From IMG/VR virus record IMGVR_UViG_3300005805_000466, positions 1-24,660 of that record: 24,660 bases of DNA. One strand, given 5' to 3'. The position numbers and the translations under genes are program-made. The notes beneath the pieces were generated by a model that did not search any database, was not told the origin of the DNA, and was given only the letters and a program-made list of their open reading frames with translations. Positions within the stretch are counted from its first letter, which is position 1. The number at the start of each line of letters is the position of its first letter. This document shows, piece by piece, positions 8,081 to 16,025 of this stretch. The DNA comes from a virus (taxonomy: Duplodnaviria; Caudoviricetes).

Positions 8081-9674
8081 AAATTTTGAATATATTCAGG
8101 CAGGTCTGAATACACAACAAAAAGAACCTAATCAGTTTGCAGGATTAGATCCTTTTGCAAAGTCTTGGGACGATCTTAAAAGTTTAAATGGAATTGATAA
8201 TAACTTTCGTCGTAGAACAACTAGAAACCTTACCAAGGTTGCTTCTGAAGATCCTGCATATCTTGTATCATCTGGTGCAACCCCAATGGGAGATGGTAGT
8301 GGGTCAAAACAATTAAATCCTGGCACGGTATACAGAAATGGCTACGGACTATTTGATGTAATTACACCACCATACAACATGTATGAGTTGGCTAACTTCT
8401 ATGATACAAACTTTGCTAACCATGCTGCTATTGATGCTAAGGTAGAAAATGTTGTTGGTTTGGGATACCGTTTTGATATTACAGATCGTACAATGCTTAG
8501 TTTTGAAATGAGTGACGATGAAGGCAAGGTAGATAGAGCAAGAAATAGAATTGAACGAGCAAAGATTATGCTTCGTGATTGGATTGAAGGCCTTAACGAT
8601 GATGACTCATTTACAACTACAATGGAAAAGGTTTACACGGATCTACAGGCTACAGGTAATGGATTTCTTGAGGTTGGTCGTAAAGTAAATGGTGAGATTG
8701 GATATGTTGGACATATTCCAGCAACTACTGTTCGTGTTCGTCGTTTAAAAGATGGCTTCTTGCAAATTATTGGCAACAAGATTGTTTACTTCCGTAACTT
8801 TGGTGCAACAAATGCAAACCCAGTAACCTCAGATAGACGACCAAATGAAATCATTCATTTAAAGCAATACTCTCCACTAAACACTTTTTATGGTATTCCA
8901 GACATTTTGGCAGCATTGCCATCTTTAATTGGCGACCAATTAGCATCACAATATAATATTGATTACTTTGAAAATAAGGCTGTGCCACGATACGTGATTA
9001 CAGTTAAGGGTGCTAAGTTATCTGCAGATGCTGAAGACAAGATGTTTAGATTCTTACAGACAGGATTAAAATCTCAGTCTCATAGAACTTTGTATATCCC
9101 GCTTCCAGGCGATACTGAAAATAACAAAGTTGAATTTAAGATGGAGCCTATTGAGAACGGTATTCAAGAAGGATCATTCAAAGAGTATCGTAAACAAAAC
9201 CGTGATGATATTTTGATTGCACATCAAGTTCCAATCTCTAAACTAGGCGGATCTGACTCTGCTGCTATTGCTGCTGCGATTTCTCAAGATCGTACTTTTA
9301 AAGAACAGGTTTCTCGTCCAGCACAAAGGTATCTAGAGAAAATGGTTAATAAGATTGTTAAAGAGAAGACTGATGTTCTTGAATTGAAATTCAACGAGTT
9401 AACCCTAACAGATGAAATTGCACAGTCCCAGATTTTAGAGCGTTATGTTAAAACTCAGGTTATGACACCTAATGAGGCTCGTGAAAAGTTAGATCTTCCA
9501 CAACGTGCAGATGGAGATAGTCCATTTGTTATGAGTCCACGACAGGCTGCAGATTCTAGGGCAGATTTGGCAGGGAACAGGGAAAGAGATACTGAAAGAA
9601 CCAATAATAATTCAGATTCTCCATCCACAATTTCTGGAAGAAATCCACAGGGCGAGGGGCGTTCATCCACATAA
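8052..9674 (+). CDS. Portal protein (HK97/PBSX-like family)
   Basis: DLQATGNGFLEV, HIPATTVRV, NEIIHLKQYSPLNTFYGIP, YFENKAVP, RDDILIAHQVP, MTPNEAREKL motifs; position before protease and capsid. True start may be ATG 8061 or GTG 8073. Confidence 0.93.
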   Translation: MERMPTTVSENFEYIQAGLNTQQKEPNQFAGLDPFAKSWDDLKSLNGIDNNFRRRTTRNLTKVASEDPAYLVSSGATPMGDGSGSKQLNPGTVYRNGYGLFDVITPPYNMYELANFYDTNFANHAAIDAKVENVVGLGYRFDITDRTMLSFEMSDDEGKVDRARNRIERAKIMLRDWIEGLNDDDSFTTTMEKVYTDLQATGNGFLEVGRKVNGEIGYVGHIPATTVRVRRLKDGFLQIIGNKIVYFRNFGATNANPVTSDRRPNEIIHLKQYSPLNTFYGIPDILAALPSLIGDQLASQYNIDYFENKAVPRYVITVKGAKLSADAEDKMFRFLQTGLKSQSHRTLYIPLPGDTENNKVEFKMEPIENGIQEGSFKEYRKQNRDDILIAHQVPISKLGGSDSAAIAAAISQDRTFKEQVSRPAQRYLEKMVNKIVKEKTDVLELKFNELTLTDEIAQSQILERYVKTQVMTPNEAREKLDLPQRADGDSPFVMSPRQAADSRADLAGNRERDTERTNNNSDSPSTISGRNPQGEGRSST

Positions 9675-9682
9675 TATCCACA
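9623..9682 (+). repeat. Four ATCCACA direct repeats (DnaA-box-like / iteron-like)
   Basis: ATCCACA at 9623, 9643, 9665 and 9676 (spacings 20, 22, 11), followed by GTGATATAA twice (9685, 9698). Confidence 0.7.
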
Positions 9683-9698
9683 TTGTGATATAAACGGG

Positions 9699-9707
9699 TG
9701 ATATAAT
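9699..9707 (+). promoter_or_regulatory. Extended -10 promoter TGATATAAT
   Basis: 9 nt before ATG 9717; no SD in between. Confidence 0.7.
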
Positions 9708-9716
9708 TAACCTGCA

Positions 9717-11006
9717 ATGATTATAAACAAAGCACACTGGGTTACGGAAGGCGACAGCGTTCGTTTTTCCATGCCCATTGGCAAGATTGATCAAGAACGT
9801 CGCATTGTTTCTGGTTTTGCAACCTTAGATAATATTGATAAACAAAATGACATTGTAACTACGGAAGCAAGCATGAATGCTTTCAAAAAATTCCGTGGCA
9901 ACCTTAGAGAAATGCATCAACCCAGTGCTGTTGGTAAGGTTGTATCTTTTAAAGAGGATCGTTATTTCGATCCTGAAACAAAGAATTTTTACAGTGGTGT
10001 TTATGTTTCAGCATATGTTTCTAAGGGTGCACAAGATACATGGGAAAAAGTTCTTGATGGTACCTTGACTGGTTTTTCTATTGGTGGAAACATCAAGAAG
10101 TTTGATGATGAGTTTAATGCAGACCTTGATAAATCAGTGCGTATAATTAAGGAGTACGATTTGCACGAATTGTCGCTTGTCGATAATCCTGCTAACCAAT
10201 TCGCAAATGTTATCTCTATTGAAAAGGGACAACTTGGCGGGTATTTGGCAAAAGCAGTAGTTGACACAGTTTATTGGTGCAAACAAGATGACATTGTTCG
10301 TCTATCTCCTGAAGATAAGGAAGCGTGTCCTACTTGCGATACTTCAATGTCAAACATTGGTTTCGTTGAGCACGGAGATGATAATATTGAAACATTAAAG
10401 TTCTTAGTTGATAGTGCAAAAGGCATTAGGACAATTAAGATGACTAAGGAGGATAATCCTATGACAGAAGAAACATCAGTCGCAGCAGAGACACCAGTCG
10501 AAGCAGCACCAGTTGTGGAAAATGTTGAGGTTGCTCCAGAGGCTACAGCAGAAGTCGTAGCAGAAGCAGAAGCAGTCGTCGCAGATGCAGTTGAAGAAAC
10601 AGCAATTGCAAAAACTGACGAGGTTGCTACTTCTACAGAAGAAGTTGTAGAGAAGAAAGAAGATGTTGTTACAGATATCGCCAAAGATGTAACAGACATT
10701 AAAGATTCTCTAACTAATGCCTTGAGCAGTCTAGCAGAAACCGTTAAGTCACTTCAGGCTAACGTTGATGCAATTACAAAGTCCCTTGAAAACGTTACAG
10801 GTGAAGTTAAGTCTGTAGCAAGTGAGGTCAAAGAAGTAAAGGGTTCTTTCGATGAGTTTGGCAAGCGAGTAGATGCAGTAGAAGCAGATACCGCTTTCCG
10901 CAAGTCTGGCGATCTAGGCGAGATCGTGCAGGAGTTTTCAGAAATGAAGACTCAAAAATCCCTATGGGGCGGACGTTTCCTCACAAATGCCGACCTATTT
11001 AAGTAA
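9717..11006 (+). CDS. Prohead (capsid maturation) protease fused to scaffolding domain
   Basis: RIVSGFATLDNIDKQNDIV, LREMHQ (His), GFSIGG (Ser) and ELSLVDNPAN are HK97/XkdF-like S78 protease motifs. Then a CxxD...CxxC segment and an acidic E/A/V-rich plus coiled-coil tail. Confidence 0.9.
   Translation: MIINKAHWVTEGDSVRFSMPIGKIDQERRIVSGFATLDNIDKQNDIVTTEASMNAFKKFRGNLREMHQPSAVGKVVSFKEDRYFDPETKNFYSGVYVSAYVSKGAQDTWEKVLDGTLTGFSIGGNIKKFDDEFNADLDKSVRIIKEYDLHELSLVDNPANQFANVISIEKGQLGGYLAKAVVDTVYWCKQDDIVRLSPEDKEACPTCDTSMSNIGFVEHGDDNIETLKFLVDSAKGIRTIKMTKEDNPMTEETSVAAETPVEAAPVVENVEVAPEATAEVVAEAEAVVADAVEETAIAKTDEVATSTEEVVEKKEDVVTDIAKDVTDIKDSLTNALSSLAETVKSLQANVDAITKSLENVTGEVKSVASEVKEVKGSFDEFGKRVDAVEADTAFRKSGDLGEIVQEFSEMKTQKSLWGGRFLTNADLFK
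10461..11006 (+). CDS. Nested in-frame scaffolding protein (internal start)
   Basis: Strong RBS TAAGGAGG at 10445-10452, 8 nt before in-frame ATG 10461 (MTEETSVAAETP...), exactly where composition shifts to acidic/coiled coil. Confidence 0.75.
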   Translation: MTEETSVAAETPVEAAPVVENVEVAPEATAEVVAEAEAVVADAVEETAIAKTDEVATSTEEVVEKKEDVVTDIAKDVTDIKDSLTNALSSLAETVKSLQANVDAITKSLENVTGEVKSVASEVKEVKGSFDEFGKRVDAVEADTAFRKSGDLGEIVQEFSEMKTQKSLWGGRFLTNADLFK

Positions 11007-11030
11007 ACAAACCAAATGGAGGTGAACAAT

Positions 11031-12149
11031 ATGTCGGAACAAGAAAAACTAATTAAGGCTGCTGAAGCGGGTGCTTTCGTTTCTGGCGGTATCGGATCTG
11101 CAACAGCAACCGATGCTGACGGTAACGTATCTCCTGCTACTTCCCTTGGTAACGTTACTGGCGGAACCTTCGGTGTAACAACTGGAGCAAACGCAGTAAA
11201 TCCAACAGGAAGTAACAGTGGTATTCTAAACCCTGAGCAGGCTCGCCGCTTTATCGACTACGTGTGGGATGCAACAGTTCTCGCCAAGGATGGTCGTAGA
11301 GTTACAATGAGAGCAAACACCATGGAGATCGAAAAGGTCAACGTTGGTGAGCGTGTAATTCGTGCTGCTGCACAGGCAGACGATGCATACACAAATGCTG
11401 GCGCTACATTTACAAAAGTAGAACTTACAACCAAAAAGATTCGTCTTGACTGGGAAGTTTCTACTGAGTCTCTAGAAGACAATATTGAAGGGGCTGCTCT
11501 TGAAGACCGCCTTGTTCGCTTGATGACCAATGCATTCGCAAATGACATTGAGGATCTAGCGATTAACGGTGATGGTGCAACAGGATCATTCCTATCAATC
11601 ATGTCTGGCTTTATTAAGCAAACTCGTGGTACAGTAGGTAACGATGCTCACGAAGCAGATGTTACAGTATCTGATAACGAGTGGACTCCACAAGTAATGC
11701 AGGATATTATTCTTGCAATGCCACGTAAGTATCGTGCACTTAAGAGCAATCTTAAGTTCTATGCAGGTACTGACGCATTCCAGGGTATCGTTAAGAACAA
11801 CGGTACACTCGCTGATGCTATTGCTGAAGCGATTGCTGGACAAACACCAGGTAGCACACAGGCTAACCGTCAAGCATATCTTGATGGTCTAGGACAGACA
11901 TTCGGTGGTTCTCGTACCACCCGTGTTCTTGGAGTGGATGTACTTGAGGTTCCTTACTATCCAGCAGGATATGTAGATCTCACATTCCCTGAGAACCGTG
12001 TCTGGGGCTTCCAGCGTGATATCACGGTAAACCGTGAGTACAAGCCAAAGAAGGACACTGTAGAATATACAGTATTCGTTCGCTTTGGTATTGCATGGGA
12101 AGAGTTGGATGCAGTTGCTTATGGTGACGCAGACAGCGCAGATTCCTAA
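11031..12149 (+). CDS. Major capsid protein (HK97 fold)
   Basis: GILNPEQARRFIDYVWD, KVELTTKKIRLDWEVSTESLEDNIEG, AFANDIEDLAINGD, NRVWGFQRDITV; follows the protease. RBS GGAGGTG places the start at 11031 rather than 11016. Terminator downstream. Confidence 0.95.
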   Translation: MSEQEKLIKAAEAGAFVSGGIGSATATDADGNVSPATSLGNVTGGTFGVTTGANAVNPTGSNSGILNPEQARRFIDYVWDATVLAKDGRRVTMRANTMEIEKVNVGERVIRAAAQADDAYTNAGATFTKVELTTKKIRLDWEVSTESLEDNIEGAALEDRLVRLMTNAFANDIEDLAINGDGATGSFLSIMSGFIKQTRGTVGNDAHEADVTVSDNEWTPQVMQDIILAMPRKYRALKSNLKFYAGTDAFQGIVKNNGTLADAIAEAIAGQTPGSTQANRQAYLDGLGQTFGGSRTTRVLGVDVLEVPYYPAGYVDLTFPENRVWGFQRDITVNREYKPKKDTVEYTVFVRFGIAWEELDAVAYGDADSADS

Positions 12150-12167
12150 AATTAAATAAGTAAAATT

Positions 12168-12199
12168 AAAGGGGAGCGGCGTAAAAACCGCTCCCTTTT
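12168..12199 (+). terminator. Intrinsic terminator after the capsid gene
   Basis: GGGAGCGG(12172-12179) / loop CGTAAAAA / CCGCTCCC(12188-12195) then TTTT; A-tract upstream suggests it may be bidirectional. Confidence 0.9.
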
Positions 12200-12207
12200 A
12201 GCATCTC

Positions 12208-12216
12208 TGGTATAAT
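12208..12216 (+). promoter_or_regulatory. Extended -10 promoter TGGTATAAT
   Basis: Directly after the terminator; RBS GGAGG and ATG 12234 follow. Confidence 0.75.
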
Positions 12217-12233
12217 GACAGTGGAGGAATAAA

Positions 12234-12566
12234 ATGTTAAACATAGAAGATTTAAAAACAAAAAGTGTATTTGAAATTAAATCATATGCTAAAAAAAATA
12301 ACATTGACCTTAAAGACGCAAGAACAAAGATAGAAATGTTAAATCTTTTAGAGGGCAAAGAGGCAGTAAAAATAGCCAAAAAGAAAGAACCAGAAAAAGT
12401 TGCTATTTATTCAGAGAGAAATAAACATAATAGTGATAAAAAAATTGGTTCACTCAAAGTTGGTTATAATATAGTTAGTAAGGAGGCAGCCGATTGGTGG
12501 CTTTCTCGCAAAGGTGTTAGACTAGCAACGCCCCAAGAGTTAGCAAGGCACTACGGTATAGAATAA
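12234..12566 (+). CDS. Small basic protein with N-terminal Rho-N/HeH-like helix-extension-helix
   Basis: IEDLKTKSVFEIKSYAKKNNIDLKDARTKIEMLNLL fits the Rho_N/HeH pattern; good RBS; TAATG-coupled to the next gene. Confidence 0.6.
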   Translation: MLNIEDLKTKSVFEIKSYAKKNNIDLKDARTKIEMLNLLEGKEAVKIAKKKEPEKVAIYSERNKHNSDKKIGSLKVGYNIVSKEAADWWLSRKGVRLATPQELARHYGIE

Positions 12567-13537
12567 TGGAAATTCTTAGAATTCCCCCATACCCGCTTGA
12601 GATAGAGTACACAGTACCATCAGCAAGCACATCATATTTTCTTGTAATAGAAAGCAATGATCGTAATGAAGAATTAGTAGATGTAGCGGTTACATCAAAT
12701 TCAAGTTCTATTATCACTTATACATTATCAGAAACTTTTTCAAAGTATGATGAGCACTACGCTTTAACTATTTATGAAAAGAATGGTGCTAATCGTGGAG
12801 ACGTTGTAGTTGAGGATAATTTAGAAATTGTTCGTCCTTATGTTGACCCAAATACTCTTGCAACTACAGCAACAGAGATCGCAAAATATACAGAGTATGA
12901 GGCTCTGGCTCGTAATATTATTGATGCCTATGTTCCAGATGGGTTCTATTTCACCACAGAATGGCTTCAGACAGTAGGCCAGGGTACTGACTATATGCCA
13001 ATATGGATGCGTGGCTATAAGGTTCTTAAAGTTTACGAGAATGCAGAAAAGGTTTGGGATGTTGACGATGCAGAGGGTCCAGCATTAGACGAATATGATT
13101 ACAGCATAACAAAAGATAAAACTGCAATTATTAAAGATCCAGTCGCTGGAATAGATAATTGGAATAGAGATGAGCGTAAGCCAGCAAGAACTGCTATGGC
13201 AGCATCTGATTCATTTGATTGGTACGATACTGGAGATAGTGCAAATATTCAAACCTTTAAAGGTGGAGTAAGTTTTCCAGAAGGTGCTGATTATATGTTT
13301 TATATTGAGGCAGGGTATAAAGTAGTTCCCAATGATATTAAAGATGCAACAAATATGCTAATTGAAGATATTAAATGTGGAAGACTTGACTACTATAAGA
13401 GATATGTAGAAACATATAAGACAGATCAGTTCAATGTTAAATATAGCAAGGTTATGTTAGAAGGAACTGGAAACCTTTTAGTAGATAAAATTTTAGATAA
13501 GTATGTAAATGTAATAACTCGTCCTGGAGTTTTATAA
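12566..13537 (+). CDS. Head-to-tail adaptor with N-terminal extension
   Basis: First large gene after capsid; C-terminal YIEAGYKVVPNDIKDATNMLI...VDKILDKY resembles SPP1 gp15 / HK97 gp6-type adaptors. Confidence 0.7.
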   Translation: MEILRIPPYPLEIEYTVPSASTSYFLVIESNDRNEELVDVAVTSNSSSIITYTLSETFSKYDEHYALTIYEKNGANRGDVVVEDNLEIVRPYVDPNTLATTATEIAKYTEYEALARNIIDAYVPDGFYFTTEWLQTVGQGTDYMPIWMRGYKVLKVYENAEKVWDVDDAEGPALDEYDYSITKDKTAIIKDPVAGIDNWNRDERKPARTAMAASDSFDWYDTGDSANIQTFKGGVSFPEGADYMFYIEAGYKVVPNDIKDATNMLIEDIKCGRLDYYKRYVETYKTDQFNVKYSKVMLEGTGNLLVDKILDKYVNVITRPGVL

Positions 13538-13986
13538 TGGCAGTTTGCGAGACTACTGACTTTATTTATCCAATGAAGGCTGATGTATATTATCCAATTA
13601 TTAGTCAGGGAGAATATGGACAGCCCAAAAAAGATTGGGTATTTGATAAAACAGTTGCTTGTAATGCTGAACCATTAGGCGGAGATGGAACAGAAAATGT
13701 TAAAGCAGATTCATTTTTACAACTACAAAACAAACTATTAGTAAGAACAAAAAGTGACCCCCGCATTTCTTCTCAACAAGAAAAAAATGCAGTCACCAAT
13801 ATTCTTATAACAAATATTAGACATTCTAATGATGAATTAATATATAAAGAAACTGCTGGAGTTCGCGCTGGTCGTGGAACTATATATGAAGTTGCTACAG
13901 TACAACCTTTTGTTGGACCTTTCGGAACTACTGAATACTATAAGATGGTTTGGCGTAGAGCCGAAAACCAGACTGTAGGTGACTAA
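13537..13986 (+). CDS. Head-to-tail stopper / head closure protein
   Basis: Synteny, 149 aa, beta-rich (GEYGQPKKDW...TVAC...GTIYEVATVQP); TAATG coupling on both sides. Confidence 0.65.
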   Translation: MAVCETTDFIYPMKADVYYPIISQGEYGQPKKDWVFDKTVACNAEPLGGDGTENVKADSFLQLQNKLLVRTKSDPRISSQQEKNAVTNILITNIRHSNDELIYKETAGVRAGRGTIYEVATVQPFVGPFGTTEYYKMVWRRAENQTVGD

Positions 13987-14663
13987 TGATTGTTACTTTT
14001 AATACCCGTAAATTTCAAAAAACAATGAATAATATAGTAGATTATTCTCAAGGCTTTATTGATGGAATACAAGATGGTAAAAAACTTTTTTTAGATAAAT
14101 TAGGCAGACAAGTTATTGAGGCTCTTGGTCAATATATAGATATGAACGCAAAAGCAAATCCAAAAGCACTTCATCATATTTATGAATGGTATCGTGTAGG
14201 TAGTCCAGCAGCAAGGCTTTTTGACATAGATTATGTTGTTAACAAAAACGGACTAACACTATTTTCTAACTTTAGACAATCTCAAACGGTCTCTGCAGAT
14301 GCTACCGAGCCATTTTATAATAAAGCACAAATAATGGAACTTGGCAAAACAGTTGTTATAAAACCAAAAAGCGGTGGTGCTCTTCGTTTTGAATCGGGTG
14401 GTGAGCCAGTATATACAAAAAGAAATGTTGTTGTAAGAAACCCTGGTGGTAATGAAGTTCGTGGATCATATGAAGAAATATTTAATGAGTTTATGATAAA
14501 GTATTTTAGGCAATCATTTATTCGTGCATCTGGACTTTATGACTATATTAAAAAACCAGTTGCATATAAAAGAAATATTCGCCAGGGTGCAAAGGTCGGT
14601 AGGGCCAAAGGTGTTAGCACTGGCTTTAAATGGATAGCAAACGCAAGAATTGGGGTAGAATAG
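13986..14663 (+). CDS. Neck / tail completion protein (HK97 gp10-like position)
   Basis: Basic protein between stopper and terminator; KAQIMELG...VIKPKSGGALRF motif. Confidence 0.55.
   Translation: MIVTFNTRKFQKTMNNIVDYSQGFIDGIQDGKKLFLDKLGRQVIEALGQYIDMNAKANPKALHHIYEWYRVGSPAARLFDIDYVVNKNGLTLFSNFRQSQTVSADATEPFYNKAQIMELGKTVVIKPKSGGALRFESGGEPVYTKRNVVVRNPGGNEVRGSYEEIFNEFMIKYFRQSFIRASGLYDYIKKPVAYKRNIRQGAKVGRAKGVSTGFKWIANARIGVE
14656..14661 (+). promoter_or_regulatory. -10 hexamer TAGAAT, candidate leaderless promoter
   Basis: GGGTAGAAT ends 6 nt before ATG 14668; lacks the TG extension. Confidence 0.4.
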
Positions 14664-14667
14664 TAAA

Positions 14668-15243
14668 ATGGCCTACACATCAAATGTTTCACATACTGGG
14701 TTTGCACCTACTTTTATTAATCATTATGTAAAGGGTCAATTATCACTTTTTGGTTTAATATCCAGCGGTCCATCAGTACCAAATCAGGCTGGCTTTAATC
14801 CAATGATACCAGCGCAGTACCCAACAAGCATAGAAGATCTATATAACGACACAATACAAATTCAGCAAGTAGAATCTCCAATATTAATGGTATATGACAG
14901 AATGATGAGATTTAGACCTACCCCGTTTTATCGTCATAAAAGAGAACAGTTGATATATTTTATATATTCTTCAGATGTTGCTAAACTATTAAATACTGTT
15001 AGAGTTATTACAGATTCACTTGATCGTGAAGATTCAGCAGCACAGGATGTAAATGAATATTGTCTAGCCAACCCAATAGATGATGTAGACCATAATGTTT
15101 ATTTTCATAATATTAGGGTATATCAGGTAGATGAAAGCAGAGATGTGGCTGAACTGGCTTCAGCAAGAACCCTATTTGTAAATAAAGTCATAGTCGAATA
15201 TGACTATCATACAAACGATCCTGCCGAATATCCATATACATAA
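14668..15243 (+). CDS. Probable tail terminator protein
   Basis: Immediately upstream of the tail tube gene; 191 aa; assignment by synteny. Confidence 0.55.
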   Translation: MAYTSNVSHTGFAPTFINHYVKGQLSLFGLISSGPSVPNQAGFNPMIPAQYPTSIEDLYNDTIQIQQVESPILMVYDRMMRFRPTPFYRHKREQLIYFIYSSDVAKLLNTVRVITDSLDREDSAAQDVNEYCLANPIDDVDHNVYFHNIRVYQVDESRDVAELASARTLFVNKVIVEYDYHTNDPAEYPYT

Positions 15244-15247
15244 ATGC

Positions 15248-15256
15248 TGTTATACT
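15248..15256 (+). promoter_or_regulatory. Extended -10 promoter TGTTATACT for the tail tube gene
   Basis: Intergenic; RBS GAGGTG at 15298-15303. Confidence 0.7.
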
Positions 15257-15310
15257 ATAGGTGAGGAAACACGCCCACTTATTCAACAAGGAAAAAAGAG
15301 GTGAAACAAT

Positions 15311-15952
15311 ATGCCAGCATATACCCGTGGTACGTCTAACAACATCATCGTTGGTGCCGCAGCATTCTTTATCTGCGATACTACTCTTGATGCTGACGTT
15401 TTTACAGATTATCCATTTGTAAGCACAGAGTCTTATAAGTCTACTCTGTCTGCAAGTTCTTTCTGGACAAACGTTGGTTACACAATGAACGGTCTTGAAA
15501 TGCAATTCCAGCCTGACTTCGGTGAGGTTGCAGTTGATCAAGTACTTGATGTTGCTAAACTTTACAAGCAAGGTATGCAGGTAAACGTTGCTACAGCATT
15601 CGCTGAGGCAACTCTTGAGAATCTACTCTATGCTCTTGCATTCGCAGATGATCAACTCACTGGAACAAAGTCAACTTCCGCAGGCCGTCGTCTGAATCTT
15701 TCAGCAGGCGAACTCGGAGAGTGCCCAGTTGAGCGAGCAATCGCTGCTGTCGGTCCTGGTACTGGCGACTGCGATGACTCTGGTAACGTAGAACGTGTCT
15801 ATGTAGGATACCGTGCGCTCTCAATTGAGAACGTAACAGTTTCTGCAAAGCGTGACGAACCTTCAATGTTTGAAGTTTCATTCCGTCTACTTCCAGAAGA
15901 CGCATCTGGCGCATATGGTAAGATCGTAGATCGTACTCATACCGCATCATAA
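15311..15952 (+). CDS. Major tail (tube) protein
   Basis: NIIVGAA, WTNVGYTMNGLEMQFQPDFGEVAVDQ, FAEATLENL, KRDEPSMFEVSFRLLP; strong RBS; followed by terminator, chaperones and TMP. Confidence 0.9.
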   Translation: MPAYTRGTSNNIIVGAAAFFICDTTLDADVFTDYPFVSTESYKSTLSASSFWTNVGYTMNGLEMQFQPDFGEVAVDQVLDVAKLYKQGMQVNVATAFAEATLENLLYALAFADDQLTGTKSTSAGRRLNLSAGELGECPVERAIAAVGPGTGDCDDSGNVERVYVGYRALSIENVTVSAKRDEPSMFEVSFRLLPEDASGAYGKIVDRTHTAS

Positions 15953-15967
15953 TCTTAAATAAAGATT

Positions 15968-16008
15968 AATAACGACCCACTCCCTATATGGGGGTGGGTT
16001 CGTTGTTT
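15968..16008 (+). terminator. Intrinsic terminator after the tail tube gene
   Basis: ACCCACTCCC(15975-15984) / TATAT / GGGGGTGGGT(15990-15999), extended by AACG/CGTT, then GTTT. Confidence 0.85.
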
Positions 16009-16009
16009 A

Positions 16010-16018
16010 TGGTAAAAT
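16010..16018 (+). promoter_or_regulatory. Extended -10 promoter TGGTAAAAT (leaderless)
   Basis: Directly after the terminator; ATG 16026 lies 7 nt downstream. Confidence 0.65.
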
Positions 16019-16025
16019 GGATAAA

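Noticed and set aside
9623-9707. CRISPR mini-array
   Set aside because: Repeats are only 7-9 bp with 4-15 bp gaps, far from CRISPR repeat/spacer dimensions; no cas genes.
11016-11030. ORF-track capsid start at ATG 11016
   Set aside because: That ATG overlaps the GGAGGTG RBS that serves ATG 11031.
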